Notes: generated from the letters alone by a model not told the origin. Shown: positions 26,380 through 36,263, counted from the stretch's first letter. The stretch: DNA of 39,362 nucleotides from a virus (IMGVR_UViG_3300050821_002969:64001-103362), one strand, 5' to 3'. Numbers and translations: made by a program.

Positions 26380-26543
26380 TTCTCTGGCCGGTCATCTACA
26401 AGTTCTTTCATGGCAGATTTAAACTCTTTTATGCCTTGTCCGATTCCCTTGCCCAGTTCCGGCAGTTTGCGTGGACCAAAGACAAGTATGGCAATACCGA
26501 AAATTACCAGCAGGTGCATGGGTTGGAACAATCCTTCAAACAT
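26376..26543 (-). CDS. tatA: Twin-arginine translocase TatA/E subunit (55 aa, below the ORF-track cutoff)
   Basis: [55 protein letters not shown]; FG hinge, LPELG amphipathic helix; GAGGAG RBS. Confidence 0.92.
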   Translation of the reverse strand: MFEGLFQPMHLLVIFGIAILVFGPRKLPELGKGIGQGIKEFKSAMKELVDDRPEK

Positions 26544-26805
26544 TTTTACTCCTCACGTCCGCGTGATTTTCTTGGACTTTAAGGATTGTACCATCCGAAG
26601 CAAGGCCAACGGCCACAGCGTTACCTTTGTGGTCGCGGATTGATATGTAATGCGCGTTATCTCCGATTGGGTCACTAACACACGGCCCAGCATCAATCAA
26701 GTGTATGTCCACGCCAGACCATCGCCTAATGAGCGCCTTAATGCCAGCAGCCTCTACCTCGGTCAACCCACCGTGATATGCAGTTGAAGATGGTGCGTAT
26801 GCCAT
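26536..26805 (-). CDS. Hypothetical protein
   Basis: ORF fills the gap and overlaps the tatA start. Confidence 0.5.
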   Translation of the reverse strand: MAYAPSSTAYHGGLTEVEAAGIKALIRRWSGVDIHLIDAGPCVSDPIGDNAHYISIRDHKGNAVAVGLASDGTILKVQENHADVRSKNV

Positions 26806-27636
26806 TTATTTCACCAGTAACCTTTCGTCTATTTCCGCTTGCGCTACGCCAGACTCAGCTACGGAGATTAGCGACCCGGAATAAGAGTAAATTCCCCAAT
26901 GTTTCAACGTAACCCATGGGGCCATCCAAACCTTGCCGCCTATCGACTTCCACATACGCGAAAACCAGTAGTCCTCGGAAAGATAGTGATTGGTTTCGGG
27001 GTCAATCTCCGCGCGGTAAAAGTCGTAAATCTCTGGACCATAGAAAGACGGCTCATCCGACATTGGCGTGTAAGATTTTACCTTGCCAGAATCAATCATC
27101 TTTTGATACACGGAGCGGTTTAACAGCATGAACCCAGTTCCCGCGTCCGTAACTTCGTTTAATGTATCTAGGCTGATTTGGGTCACCTTTTGGTCTTGCG
27201 TTTTGCCAACGATGTTGACAACGAAATCCCCGCACAATTTGTCTAGGCTATCAACGTCAATTTGTGGGTTAAGAATAACCGCTTTTTTAACGCGCGACCA
27301 GTTGATTTGTTTCTTGGGATACGGTGCGGCAATAAATTCCTCGTCTAGCGTGAGACATTTCAGCACGTCCGCAGCCGAAAACTCTATGTCGCCATCAATC
27401 AGCATTTGGTGGCTAAAGGTGGACGACATAAACAGGTCGGCTTGGCGGTTTCTGGCGCGAGTTACCAAGCTATCGTGCATGAAGTTAATGGATAGCGGGA
27501 CTTCATAGGCGCGGCAGAGACTTGCCAGCGAAAGCAATCCGTTCACGTAGGGCGATAGGCAACTTAGGTTATAGACTGGAGTGGTAAGAAACAAGCTCTT
27601 TCCGGCTAGTTGGTCTACTCGCACTGCTTCCACCAC
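26806..27636 (-). CDS. GT-A (family 2-like) glycosyltransferase
   Basis: LTTPVY, DSLVTRARN, IDGDIEF (DxD), AGTGFMLL, YLSEDYWF. Confidence 0.8.
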   Translation of the reverse strand: MVEAVRVDQLAGKSLFLTTPVYNLSCLSPYVNGLLSLASLCRAYEVPLSINFMHDSLVTRARNRQADLFMSSTFSHQMLIDGDIEFSAADVLKCLTLDEEFIAAPYPKKQINWSRVKKAVILNPQIDVDSLDKLCGDFVVNIVGKTQDQKVTQISLDTLNEVTDAGTGFMLLNRSVYQKMIDSGKVKSYTPMSDEPSFYGPEIYDFYRAEIDPETNHYLSEDYWFSRMWKSIGGKVWMAPWVTLKHWGIYSYSGSLISVAESGVAQAEIDERLLVK

Positions 27637-28127
27637 ATCCTAGAATTTTCCGCCAAATTGAAAGTACCCAAAACCTCCGTAACGCCCTGCACTACTCCGG
27701 GAGAACCCATGTCGTAATCGTGACCACAAATGATGCCGCCAGATTCTATAACCGATAGCGCGGTCTTAACATCGCGGACAACGAATTCGTATCTATGCGA
27801 GCCGTCCACAAATATAAAATCATACTTAGGCGGCTTCGGCGCTTGCGTGAAGTCTAGGTTATCGTGGTCCGCTTTCCATGGAAGCACCTTGCCGGTAGCT
27901 ATGTGGTCGGCTAGATTCTTTGTGAAGTTATCGTAAATCTCTTGTCGCGCTTTCCATGTAATCACAATATCTTCTGGCCCCTTGAAGTTATCGCAGGCAA
28001 TCACGAATCCAGAAGTATTGTCAGCCAAGGCACGAGTAGAGCGGCCATAATAGCTGCCCATTTCTAGTATCTTGGTATGCGTTGTAGCCTGCCATGCAAG
28101 AAACTCTAGGTCGCAGGTGTTCATCAA
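27615..28127 (-). CDS. Class I SAM methyltransferase (Methyltransf_24-like)
   Basis: LEMGSYYGRST; FVDGSHRYE; IICGHDY. Confidence 0.85.
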   Translation of the reverse strand: MMNTCDLEFLAWQATTHTKILEMGSYYGRSTRALADNTSGFVIACDNFKGPEDIVITWKARQEIYDNFTKNLADHIATGKVLPWKADHDNLDFTQAPKPPKYDFIFVDGSHRYEFVVRDVKTALSVIESGGIICGHDYDMGSPGVVQGVTEVLGTFNLAENSRMWWKQCE

Positions 28128-28189
28128 CCCTTTTGTGTTTCTTGCTTTTACGATGTCAATTGGGGCGGAATAAACAAGGGAATTGTTAT

Positions 28190-28528
28190 CTAGGGTGATA
28201 CATCCACCTGTAATCTGAGAGTTTTTCCCTTGAGTTCGCTGCGCAGGATTGGCGCGGGACGGGAAGGCTTGGAATCGTCCTCATAAGTAAAACAAGAGAT
28301 AGCATACTTTCTTTCGGTGTTTTGTACAACCAGCAGTTCCGGCTTCTTGCCGGAATCTCCTAGACGACCGTTTAGGGTAATCCAAACATCGCCAGCGCCG
28401 TTAATTTGCGTGCGCTTGACCGTGGCTTGGCTACCGTCTGGGCGGGAGAGTTCCAAAATGAAATCATCGGGATTATCGCCAATGTCTAACGGTATCGGCG
28501 GCTCGAAGGAATTCCAGTAGATTTTCAA
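28190..28528 (-). CDS. Hypothetical protein
   Basis: 112-aa ORF in the operon. Confidence 0.5.
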   Translation of the reverse strand: MKIYWNSFEPPIPLDIGDNPDDFILELSRPDGSQATVKRTQINGAGDVWITLNGRLGDSGKKPELLVVQNTERKYAISCFTYEDDSKPSRPAPILRSELKGKTLRLQVDVSP

Positions 28529-28584
28529 GAATTAACCAATCCTATTTTTCTCTCTGCATAAATAGATTGTTTTCAACAACTTGA

Positions 28585-28944
28585 CTAGTACTGCACGATC
28601 ACAAGGTCCACTGTCTGTTGCAAGTTAAGATTGCCGTTCGTCGAGTTAATCACTGGAACCTGTACGCGGGGATGGCTTCCGGTTGCATACGATGTGCCGG
28701 TTGGAGCAAGTAACTGCACTGTTCCAAACGACAAACCAGAGTTCATGTTGGCGTTAGAAAATGTTGCTGGCAGGGTTGCTTCCACTTGCCCATTGCCCTG
28801 GAACATCCACGGAACGGTAATCGTAACGGTAGTCTGCCCACCGTTCCCGGTAACATTGCCAGCGGCCAAGGCGTTCGGAGCGTATACACGCGCCTTTTCC
28901 GATCCAACGGTGCGAGTCCAGTTACTGCGCTGAAAGGTTCCCAT
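28585..28944 (-). CDS. Putative small virion (decoration-like) protein
   Basis: Thr/Gly/Asn/Val-rich beta composition, few charged residues. Confidence 0.45.
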   Translation of the reverse strand: MGTFQRSNWTRTVGSEKARVYAPNALAAGNVTGNGGQTTVTITVPWMFQGNGQVEATLPATFSNANMNSGLSFGTVQLLAPTGTSYATGSHPRVQVPVINSTNGNLNLQQTVDLVIVQY

Positions 28945-28947
28945 AGA

Positions 28948-29442
28948 TTATTCTCCTATGTTAACTCTGGCTAGCTCACCGAATACTTCTTTTGCCGCCC
29001 TGTCGTATGCCTTAGCGGCTTCCGTCTTGTCGGTAAAACTTCCCAGATACTTGGTTTTTCTGGCAACCGTAATATTTGCGTGCCAGCGTTTTTTGTTCTT
29101 GTGCCACGTTACACCCTTAAGTCCGCTTACGTTTCCGATGCGCGGCTTAGTGTTGTGTGCGTTTCTATTCCTAGTAGCGTATATAAGATTTGATCGCTGA
29201 TAATTTAGCGTGTTCAAATCCTTGTGGTCGCATACTAAATCTTTTGGCTTTGGACCAATTACTAAATGGTGCAACCAAAGCTGTTTTGTTTTTCCGTACT
29301 GCCCACCGCCGCGAGTGCTAACAACGTAACCATTTTCATTTAACCACCACTCGCTATGCTTAACTGCCGCCTCGTATACATCATCGTCTACAATCGCCGT
29401 CTTTTTGGAGTTGGTTAATGGTAAGAGCTTCATAAGAAGCAT
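28948..29442 (-). CDS. HNH-AP2 homing endonuclease
   Basis: LHHLVI..CDHKDLNTLNYQRSNL; SGLKGVTWHK..YLGSF..AAKAYDRAA. Confidence 0.85.
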   Translation of the reverse strand: MLLMKLLPLTNSKKTAIVDDDVYEAAVKHSEWWLNENGYVVSTRGGGQYGKTKQLWLHHLVIGPKPKDLVCDHKDLNTLNYQRSNLIYATRNRNAHNTKPRIGNVSGLKGVTWHKNKKRWHANITVARKTKYLGSFTDKTEAAKAYDRAAKEVFGELARVNIGE

Positions 29443-29461
29443 TTTACCATGCTCCCCACGC

Positions 29462-29851
29462 TCAAATCCCTTGATTAAAAATGAACAACAGGCGCGAATT
29501 GGTGTTGATGTTAGCCGCGCTGCCCATGCCGTAGAATGTAACGTTGATGCCAGAGCTATTCTGGAACACGCTAGAAATAGCTACGTTAGTGGTATTCAAA
29601 AAGTTGATGTTGGAGTTTTGAATGTTCGGCGCTGGCGAGTTGTAGTTGGTATTCGCGAGCAGCGTTACCGCGATAGGTAGCGTAAACGTGTTAGAAGAAA
29701 AGAATGAACCACTGCCAGTAGCGGGCGCGACGAGCGTAACAGTTGTGGCGCTGTTGCTGGTTAAGGCGATATTTTGATTGATGGTCGCCTCGCACCAAAG
29801 GCCCACAGACGAAGATTGTGCAGAAGACAGGACGCCAACGTTGGAACTCAT
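29462..29851 (-). CDS. Putative small virion protein
   Basis: Ser/Asn/Thr-rich beta composition. Confidence 0.45.
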   Translation of the reverse strand: MSSNVGVLSSAQSSSVGLWCEATINQNIALTSNSATTVTLVAPATGSGSFFSSNTFTLPIAVTLLANTNYNSPAPNIQNSNINFLNTTNVAISSVFQNSSGINVTFYGMGSAANINTNSRLLFIFNQGI

Positions 29852-29980
29852 AGAAAATCTCCTTGGGCAGCGATGCGTGCCCCACAACAGTTAAAAGCAT
29901 AGAGAAGATTTAAGATGGCTTGCAATAGGCTGGAAAATAAAGGGGCCGCCCAGATAAACTACTGTTAAACGATGCAAGAT

Positions 29981-30868
29981 TTATTTTTGGTTGGCTTTTA
30001 CGGTGTCCAGAACGTAACGGGCCACGGATTCGGTTGTAAGGTTTTCTCTAACGTGTGCCATGACCGATTCAATGACACGATGATAAAAATCTACAGCGGT
30101 GTCGCATCCGGCCACTCCGTACTCTATTAACTGCATAACGAGAAGCAATTCCTTGCGCGGCAGGCGATGCATGACGGTCTTGGGCGCTGCATCTAATACC
30201 CTAAAATACGGCAAACACGCTTGCGAAAGTATTTCTTCATGGCGCATACATTCCCACCCGCTTTTCTTCATGGTCGGAGCAAAGTAGCTATCTCGGTACC
30301 CTTGGTAATACTCGTTTTCATCCTCGAAAATATAGGTGCGGTTTATTAGCGGGTCATATTCCGCCATGAACCTTTTCTTTTCTGGTATCTCGGTAACCAC
30401 TTTTTCTTTTGGTACACCGAAGTGTATCGGTAAGAAGTCCCAATTATCGCCCAGGAGTTCGCGCTTAAAATAGGTTCCATACTTATAGATATTCAGCGCC
30501 TGCGGGTAGTCCTCGCCATCAATAAAAACCACCCTTTCGGGCGGATACGTGGCCGTAACGCCGCCGAAATACGCTTGGTTTCTTTGGATTCCACCGTAGA
30601 TCACCAAATCAAAGAATTTATTTTGCAACTTCTCTACTATGTCCGTTCGGTCGCAGTTTGTGTCTGGTGGAAGTAGGCCGAAAAGCGTAAATCCTTTTCC
30701 ATACAAGTCCGACAACCTCGCCTTGCCGTCGCCAAAACTATCGGCATACATGTACCAAGCCCTGCGATAATCAACCACGTCGTCTCCCATAAGCATCTTT
30801 AGGCCATGCAAAACCGTGTCCTGTTGATAATCCGGTGCATCGCCGTTGGTTAGGAAGAGTATCTTCAT
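29981..30868 (-). CDS. Putative GT-B-like glycosyltransferase
   Basis: FIDGED, KRELL, KKSGWECMRHEEIL..CLPYF. Confidence 0.55.
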   Translation of the reverse strand: MKILFLTNGDAPDYQQDTVLHGLKMLMGDDVVDYRRAWYMYADSFGDGKARLSDLYGKGFTLFGLLPPDTNCDRTDIVEKLQNKFFDLVIYGGIQRNQAYFGGVTATYPPERVVFIDGEDYPQALNIYKYGTYFKRELLGDNWDFLPIHFGVPKEKVVTEIPEKKRFMAEYDPLINRTYIFEDENEYYQGYRDSYFAPTMKKSGWECMRHEEILSQACLPYFRVLDAAPKTVMHRLPRKELLLVMQLIEYGVAGCDTAVDFYHRVIESVMAHVRENLTTESVARYVLDTVKANQK

Positions 30869-31134
30869 GGCTCAACCTCGATTGGGAAGTGTTGGTTAAA
30901 CCAGAATTGGCCACGATTTCTATAGCTTTGTTGAACGTGCTCACGCCAAGTATGGGGTTGTTTGCATGGGCGGAACCCAAGACCGTAATATGCGCTCATG
31001 GGTGCGAGTTCTCCTAAGCCATAACGCGGAGCGACACTGTAATCGGAATGCATTTCTTGGCAAGTCCAATCGTTCATAAAATCTAGTGGGTGTACTTCGT
31101 CGAATGGTACGCGGCAATAGTTGCAAACTTTCAT
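30865..31134 (-). CDS. Small Cys-containing hypothetical protein
   Basis: Coupled by ATGA overlaps. Confidence 0.4.
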   Translation of the reverse strand: MKVCNYCRVPFDEVHPLDFMNDWTCQEMHSDYSVAPRYGLGELAPMSAYYGLGFRPCKQPHTWREHVQQSYRNRGQFWFNQHFPIEVEP

Positions 31135-31769
31135 AGCTTTTTAAACACCGCAATCCAGTCCTTCCACTGGTCACCGCTGATAACCTCTTCGCCTAGCTTG
31201 AATTCGTATTCGCTGATGTGACTATAAATTAATTCTGCGGGATGCCCCATCTTGCGCGACCACGCTTCCAGCGCCTTACCAGCCCCCGGATAGAACCTCC
31301 AGCAATCTACTGGGCATGGATGGTATGGACCGCAACTTGGGGCCATAATGTAAATCAGCCCACCAGTCTTGGCAATGCGAATCATCTCCATGAACAGCAA
31401 CCAGAAAAACCCTACATGCTCCAGCGTGGAGGAAGAAACAACGATGTCCGCGTATTCGCTTGGCAAGTCTACCGAGTACGGGTCGCTGGTAACAATATCT
31501 ACGTTCTTTCCCGAAACGCAATCTACGCCTACAAACTTAACGCTTTCTGGGATTACCTCACGGATGGAACCGTTGATGTCTTGGGAGCCAAATTCCACCA
31601 CTGTCGCGGTTTCTGGAGGAATTTCATTGGCAAACTTGTTAAAGAAAAACTTGGCGTTTTCGTATCCCGTTCCGTGCATGTAATTGGTAATCCAGTTGGC
31701 TATTCTGTCGGTTGTTGATTTGTCGTATATACGCGATTCGGCAATTACAAGGTTTTGCACGTTATCCAC
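31131..31769 (-). CDS. Class I SAM methyltransferase (type 11-like)
   Basis: VEFGSQDING; STLEHV; YH..PVDCWRF. Confidence 0.85.
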   Translation of the reverse strand: MDNVQNLVIAESRIYDKSTTDRIANWITNYMHGTGYENAKFFFNKFANEIPPETATVVEFGSQDINGSIREVIPESVKFVGVDCVSGKNVDIVTSDPYSVDLPSEYADIVVSSSTLEHVGFFWLLFMEMIRIAKTGGLIYIMAPSCGPYHPCPVDCWRFYPGAGKALEAWSRKMGHPAELIYSHISEYEFKLGEEVISGDQWKDWIAVFKKL

Positions 31770-32002
31770 ATGCCGTCCATTACGTCGCCTTCTTTTACTA
31801 ACGGAAACGATTCGTGCTCAACAATGAAATAGAAGCAATACTTGGCCGAATCGAAACCAGAATTTATGATCTTGCCGCCTTCTGGAATCCCGCCCGCTTC
31901 CACTAGGTAGTGGACGGTTCTCCCTTGGTTAAACATGTTGCCTAGTAAGTCTGGGCTAAAGGCTAGCATCTTAACGTGTTTACCGTTCACGGTAGTGGAC
32001 AC
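31745..32002 (-). CDS. Hypothetical protein
   Basis: ORF packed between enzyme genes. Confidence 0.45.
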   Translation of the reverse strand: MSTTVNGKHVKMLAFSPDLLGNMFNQGRTVHYLVEAGGIPEGGKIINSGFDSAKYCFYFIVEHESFPLVKEGDVMDGMWITCKTL

Positions 32003-33009
32003 CCGTGCCAGCTAAGTTGTCTCCAAGATGGTGGCATATTTTTTTCAACTTCTATGGCAGTAAACGGCTTCCCCTTGCGCGATCCAAACTGTTTAGCCCA
32101 AGCCGCCGTTCGCGCCAAGCCTTCTTCTAGGGTGACTTTTGGCGCGTAGCCGAATACCTTTTGGCACTTTGTATGGTCGCTGAAAGCGTGCAGGACTTCA
32201 TTGCGTTTATCTAGGTGCGTTACCGGCAAACTCGTTTCCATGGCTTGCTGTACGGCCTCGGAAAGTCTATTAACCGAATAGGGTATATCGGCACCTACGT
32301 TAAACGTATTTCCTTGGGCTTCCGTAATATTTACGGAGTTAGCAATGATTGGCGCTACGTCCGATACGTGTGTAAAGGCGCGAGTCTGCGTGCCATCGCC
32401 AAAGATTGTTAACGGCTCGCCTTTCATGCATTGATTCATGAATATGCCAACCACGTTGCGGTATGGGTCGGACAAGTTCTGGCGTTCGCCGTAGACGTTG
32501 TGTGGGCGAAAAACGATGTAGTTTAGCCCAAACATATCGTGCGCGGCTTTCAGGTCTAGCTCTACCGCGTACTTGCTGATACCGTAAGGATCACTTGGGC
32601 GCGGGTCCGTAGATTCCAGAAGCGGCGTTTGATTCGTGCCGTAAACCGCAATAGACGACGTAAACACGAAGCACCTAACCCCGCCATGGTTCACTGCTGC
32701 GTTTATCAGGTTCACGGAGCCAATCAGGTTGTTTGTGTAATTGTAGCGGCGAATAAAGTGAGACAACCCTTCCGCCGCGTATGCCCCGAGATGGTACACG
32801 TAGTCAATCTGGTGCGACACAAAAATCTCTCCAAGCACCGATAAGTCGTTTATGGAACCGCGCAACAGTGTCGCCTTGGGATTGACGTTCTCCGCGAAGC
32901 CGCCAGATAGATCGTCTAGAACCAAAACATCGTGGCCTAATTCGATTAGGGAGTCTACGACATGGCTCCCCAACATTCCGGCTCCCCCGGTAACAAGCGT
33001 GCGAATCAC
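31987..33009 (-). CDS. NAD-dependent nucleotide-sugar epimerase/dehydratase (extended SDR)
   Basis: VTGGAGMLG; TSSIAVYG; YGISK (YxxxK); RPHNVYG. Confidence 0.93.
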   Translation of the reverse strand: MIRTLVTGGAGMLGSHVVDSLIELGHDVLVLDDLSGGFAENVNPKATLLRGSINDLSVLGEIFVSHQIDYVYHLGAYAAEGLSHFIRRYNYTNNLIGSVNLINAAVNHGGVRCFVFTSSIAVYGTNQTPLLESTDPRPSDPYGISKYAVELDLKAAHDMFGLNYIVFRPHNVYGERQNLSDPYRNVVGIFMNQCMKGEPLTIFGDGTQTRAFTHVSDVAPIIANSVNITEAQGNTFNVGADIPYSVNRLSEAVQQAMETSLPVTHLDKRNEVLHAFSDHTKCQKVFGYAPKVTLEEGLARTAAWAKQFGSRKGKPFTAIEVEKNMPPSWRQLSWHGCPLP

Positions 33010-34364
33010 TTCTTCACCACCAATACGCCCATGCCCTGTCCCCCCGGCAAGCTAAAATTTGTTAACCCTTTATCTTTGCAGAATCGCTCGAATTCTTGGC
33101 CAACGGCTACAGACGGCCAATCGCCGCCAAATTCCTCAAATGTCTTTGGTGGATTAGTGTCGTGGCACGCTATCCAGCCACCATTCTTAACCCAGCGAAA
33201 ACAATTATGCAAATCGGCCAAGAAGCCATCCATGGAATGGTCACCATCTATAAAAGCAGCATCAAATTCGTTGTCTGGAAAGATTGCTTTCTTGCTATCG
33301 TTTTGCTCAAACGTCCAGCGCGGATGAGTCCATAGCGCAGTGCAATCGCTTATGTCGATAGAGTGTAGGTGTCCACCGTGTTCTTCTAGTCCAAGCAATA
33401 TGGCCGCCGTGCTTGCGCCGTCACGCACCCCTATCTCAAGCATTCTACCGCGCGAATTCTTTTTAAGCCACGGTAAATACTCGCGCATGTCGCCCTCTCG
33501 GCATCCGCGTTCGTAGCGTTCCATAATTGGATTTTTAGCAGGTAACGCCCCAAGTGCAGCTTCGACCGTAGCAACATAATCGCGCTTACTGAAAGCATCA
33601 AAAGCATATTGCCCCATAGCATCTATCCTACCCTTGGTTACAACATCTCGACAAATTTCTACGATGTCTTCGTACTTGCACATCACCATGGCTGGCAATA
33701 AATCATCGTAGTCGAGTGTATCGCTAGATAATTCGGTAACAATGCATTTCGAGTTGGCCATCCAGAACGATAGGCGCTGAATATTGGTAAGCGTGCGACC
33801 GTCGTGATTAACGTTTAGACATACAGCGGCAGCCGAAATCATCTGGTCGCGAGCGCCACCGTAGCACGAATCAACCGCCGCAACCCTTAGTCCCGCCGCC
33901 CTCAATTCGTCTATTATTTTTTTCCTCCGCGCGGTAATCCACCCAGAAAAAAAAACATCCCAAGCATAGCTATATGCTTTTGGAATCCGAACTAGGTTAG
34001 GCGTAAATCCGAACGGGACGTGCTGGCAATCGTAGCCCAATCGCCGCCATTCTGCCGCGTTTTGTTTGTTGTAATCCCAAACGGTTTTACCTTTAGCGAG
34101 ACGCTTGATGTTTTCCCATGCTGGGTGTAGTACGCCTTGTTCGAGATTGTAAATAATTACGTTATCCGGCAACGCTTGTTCTTTGGATAGCAACTCCGCG
34201 CCGAATAAGATATTTGTCCCGTCTTTGGAAAACGTGTTCTCGCAGATTACAACGTCGTGACCTAGCGAGCTTAGCGCCCAACTAAGGCTGTCGATGATTT
34301 CCGCGAAACCAGATGTGTGCAGAAAACCCGGTGGGCGGATTGCTACGATGTGGAACTTTGACAT
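33006..34364 (-). CDS. Glycosyltransferase (GT-B-like) fused to a class I methyltransferase
   Basis: N-terminal DVFFSG..R..CLNVNH..IVTE; C-terminal LEIGVRDGAST, IDGDHS, HD. Confidence 0.75.
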   Translation of the reverse strand: MSKFHIVAIRPPGFLHTSGFAEIIDSLSWALSSLGHDVVICENTFSKDGTNILFGAELLSKEQALPDNVIIYNLEQGVLHPAWENIKRLAKGKTVWDYNKQNAAEWRRLGYDCQHVPFGFTPNLVRIPKAYSYAWDVFFSGWITARRKKIIDELRAAGLRVAAVDSCYGGARDQMISAAAVCLNVNHDGRTLTNIQRLSFWMANSKCIVTELSSDTLDYDDLLPAMVMCKYEDIVEICRDVVTKGRIDAMGQYAFDAFSKRDYVATVEAALGALPAKNPIMERYERGCREGDMREYLPWLKKNSRGRMLEIGVRDGASTAAILLGLEEHGGHLHSIDISDCTALWTHPRWTFEQNDSKKAIFPDNEFDAAFIDGDHSMDGFLADLHNCFRWVKNGGWIACHDTNPPKTFEEFGGDWPSVAVGQEFERFCKDKGLTNFSLPGGQGMGVLVVKK

Positions 34365-34376
34365 GCGGGAATTATA

Positions 34377-34997
34377 CTATGTGCGAAACCCCGCAACTTG
34401 GTTTTTCCAATGTTTTCCGCGACTGTCGGAAAACTTTACATCCCCAAAGGTATCCAGAACTTGCTGCCACGAAATAGCCCCAAACTTCAACAGGCGCACG
34501 AGAACGGTGCGCCATCCCCACGTTGGATAAATACTAGGCAGGCCAGCCGCGTCCTCCTTCATAATCGTGAATTCTGGGACGAAACCGCGCTCGCAATACG
34601 CGTTCGTGTATTGCAACTGCTTGTCCTTGACCACGTAGAATGAGATGTTTTGCTTGAAAACGTTGCCGTCTTGGACAACTAAATTCTTGTTCATTTTGAG
34701 AATTCTGGAAACTAGCTCCCCAGAAGAGAGCACCTTGCCCATTTGCCGCTCTTTGTTACAAAAATCGTCTTGGTCTGGGTAGCGGTATTGTTCTACCTGT
34801 TTACCCGTTTCCTCCCACAACCGCAATAACTCCTCGCGGTCGCCAGCGGGAAGCAGGTTCTCCTTGTGTAGCGGCTCAACCTTGGGAGCCGTTAGCCACG
34901 CATAACAGTTCGGCTCATATCTTTCTTCTGGTTTAGGTAACGGGGTATATGTATCTGCTAGTTCTATCGCAGAACTACGCTTAACGTACTTATTCAT
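34377..34997 (-). CDS. Hypothetical phage protein
   Basis: 206-aa ORF, WGWRTVL motif. Confidence 0.55.
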   Translation of the reverse strand: MNKYVKRSSAIELADTYTPLPKPEERYEPNCYAWLTAPKVEPLHKENLLPAGDREELLRLWEETGKQVEQYRYPDQDDFCNKERQMGKVLSSGELVSRILKMNKNLVVQDGNVFKQNISFYVVKDKQLQYTNAYCERGFVPEFTIMKEDAAGLPSIYPTWGWRTVLVRLLKFGAISWQQVLDTFGDVKFSDSRGKHWKNQVAGFRT

Positions 34998-35697
34998 CTT
35001 GGCTCTGCACTTCCCCGGTCAAGATTTGCGGATGAAACCCATTGCGATCTAGCGTGATAGCGATTATCCCTCCCGGCTCTACCGGAATTTCATGGTACCC
35101 CTCGCCAACATCATCGCCCAACATTTTAAGAATTACCTGAATAAAGCTACCATGGGTAATTACAACCACAGGTAGACCCTCCATGGATATTCGCAAATAG
35201 CGGCGGAAGGCGTTGGTGGCTTGCTGACTGAAATCCCCCCATGATTGACCGGCAACAGGCTCCACTTCGGGATTGTTTTTAAACTGCTTAATATCTTCCT
35301 CGTGGTCTTCTATTGGTTCGCCCTCTATGTCGCCTAAATCCCAAGAACGTAAATCGGTATCTACATCTAGGGGAATATTCTTGGCCTCGATTAGCGGCAT
35401 CGCGGTCTGGCGAGTACGGTTAAGGTCGTCTACCGCTACTCGCGATACCTGAATATCGGCAAAGAAGTCGGCTATCTCTTGTGCCTGTTTTTCTCCCTTG
35501 TCGTCTAGGTCGGGATTAATCAACCCGCGAATCTTTTCTTGGCTGTCGGCTTTAACGTTGCCATGGCGCACCACGTACATGACTGGCTGGCCAAGTTTTG
35601 ATAACACCGAAGTCGGGGAATAGCTGTTTAAGATGTCATTCGATTGGGACGGGCTATCCCATTCGGGCATAAGTAAACTGGCAGGGGAATAACTCAC
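34990..35697 (-). CDS. Histidine phosphatase (phosphoglycerate mutase family)
   Basis: VVRHG; LNRTRQTA; LRSWDLG; VITHG. Confidence 0.88.
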   Translation of the reverse strand: MSYSPASLLMPEWDSPSQSNDILNSYSPTSVLSKLGQPVMYVVRHGNVKADSQEKIRGLINPDLDDKGEKQAQEIADFFADIQVSRVAVDDLNRTRQTAMPLIEAKNIPLDVDTDLRSWDLGDIEGEPIEDHEEDIKQFKNNPEVEPVAGQSWGDFSQQATNAFRRYLRISMEGLPVVVITHGSFIQVILKMLGDDVGEGYHEIPVEPGGIIAITLDRNGFHPQILTGEVQSQDE

Positions 35698-35715
35698 CTA
35701 GATAGGTTATCAAAC

Positions 35716-35952
35716 TTAGTAGAAAATCGGGCGTTCGTGCTCCTCGAATATCAAGGCTACACGGAAATGCGACATTTCTTCCATCTCTTTTTCTTCTGCA
35801 AGCTTGGCCAAATCTTCAGCAGGCCAGAATACGGTGGACGCATGAAATCTTGGATAAGGCTTAGAAACGGAACCAGAACGTGGCGGGAATGGACGGTGAA
35901 TACGGGCGTAGTCCGCTATTTCTTTCCTGATATCTACTAATTCGTAGTACAC
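35716..35952 (-). CDS. Hypothetical protein
   Basis: 78-aa ORF. Confidence 0.35.
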   Translation of the reverse strand: MYYELVDIRKEIADYARIHRPFPPRSGSVSKPYPRFHASTVFWPAEDLAKLAEEKEMEEMSHFRVALIFEEHERPIFY

Positions 35953-36065
35953 AAAAATAGACTACCAAAACTTAGTAGAAATCGGAACAACTTAGGAAGA
36001 AATGGCAGAGCGGGCAAAGCATCTTACAGCGAGATTGTTCGAGCACGGTACCGCACTGCGGACAA

Positions 36066-36263
36066 CTATTCGCTATCTTGTTCGCAGATACACTCGCCGC
36101 AGGGCGTATCGGAATACGGAACTGGGTAGCCGCAGCCATTCGAGCAATAATAAACCTCTTTCGACTGCACCGGCTTATCCTTGTAGGTTCTTACGCGATG
36201 CCGTTTTTCCGCTTTCTTGGCGTGCTTGCGGTCGATCTCGTTAGATAGTTCTTCTGGTTTCAT
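36066..36263 (-). CDS. Small Zn-ribbon-like protein
   Basis: CSNGC..CGEC. Confidence 0.45.
   Translation of the reverse strand: MKPEELSNEIDRKHAKKAEKRHRVRTYKDKPVQSKEVYYCSNGCGYPVPYSDTPCGECICEQDSE

Noticed and set aside
26356-26643. Plus-strand 95-aa ORF
   Set aside because: Antisense shadow of tatA
28948-29442. Intron around the HNH-AP2 gene (also checked at 22739 and 9405)
   Set aside because: Flanking genes end in their own stops and no P/Q/R/S elements were found
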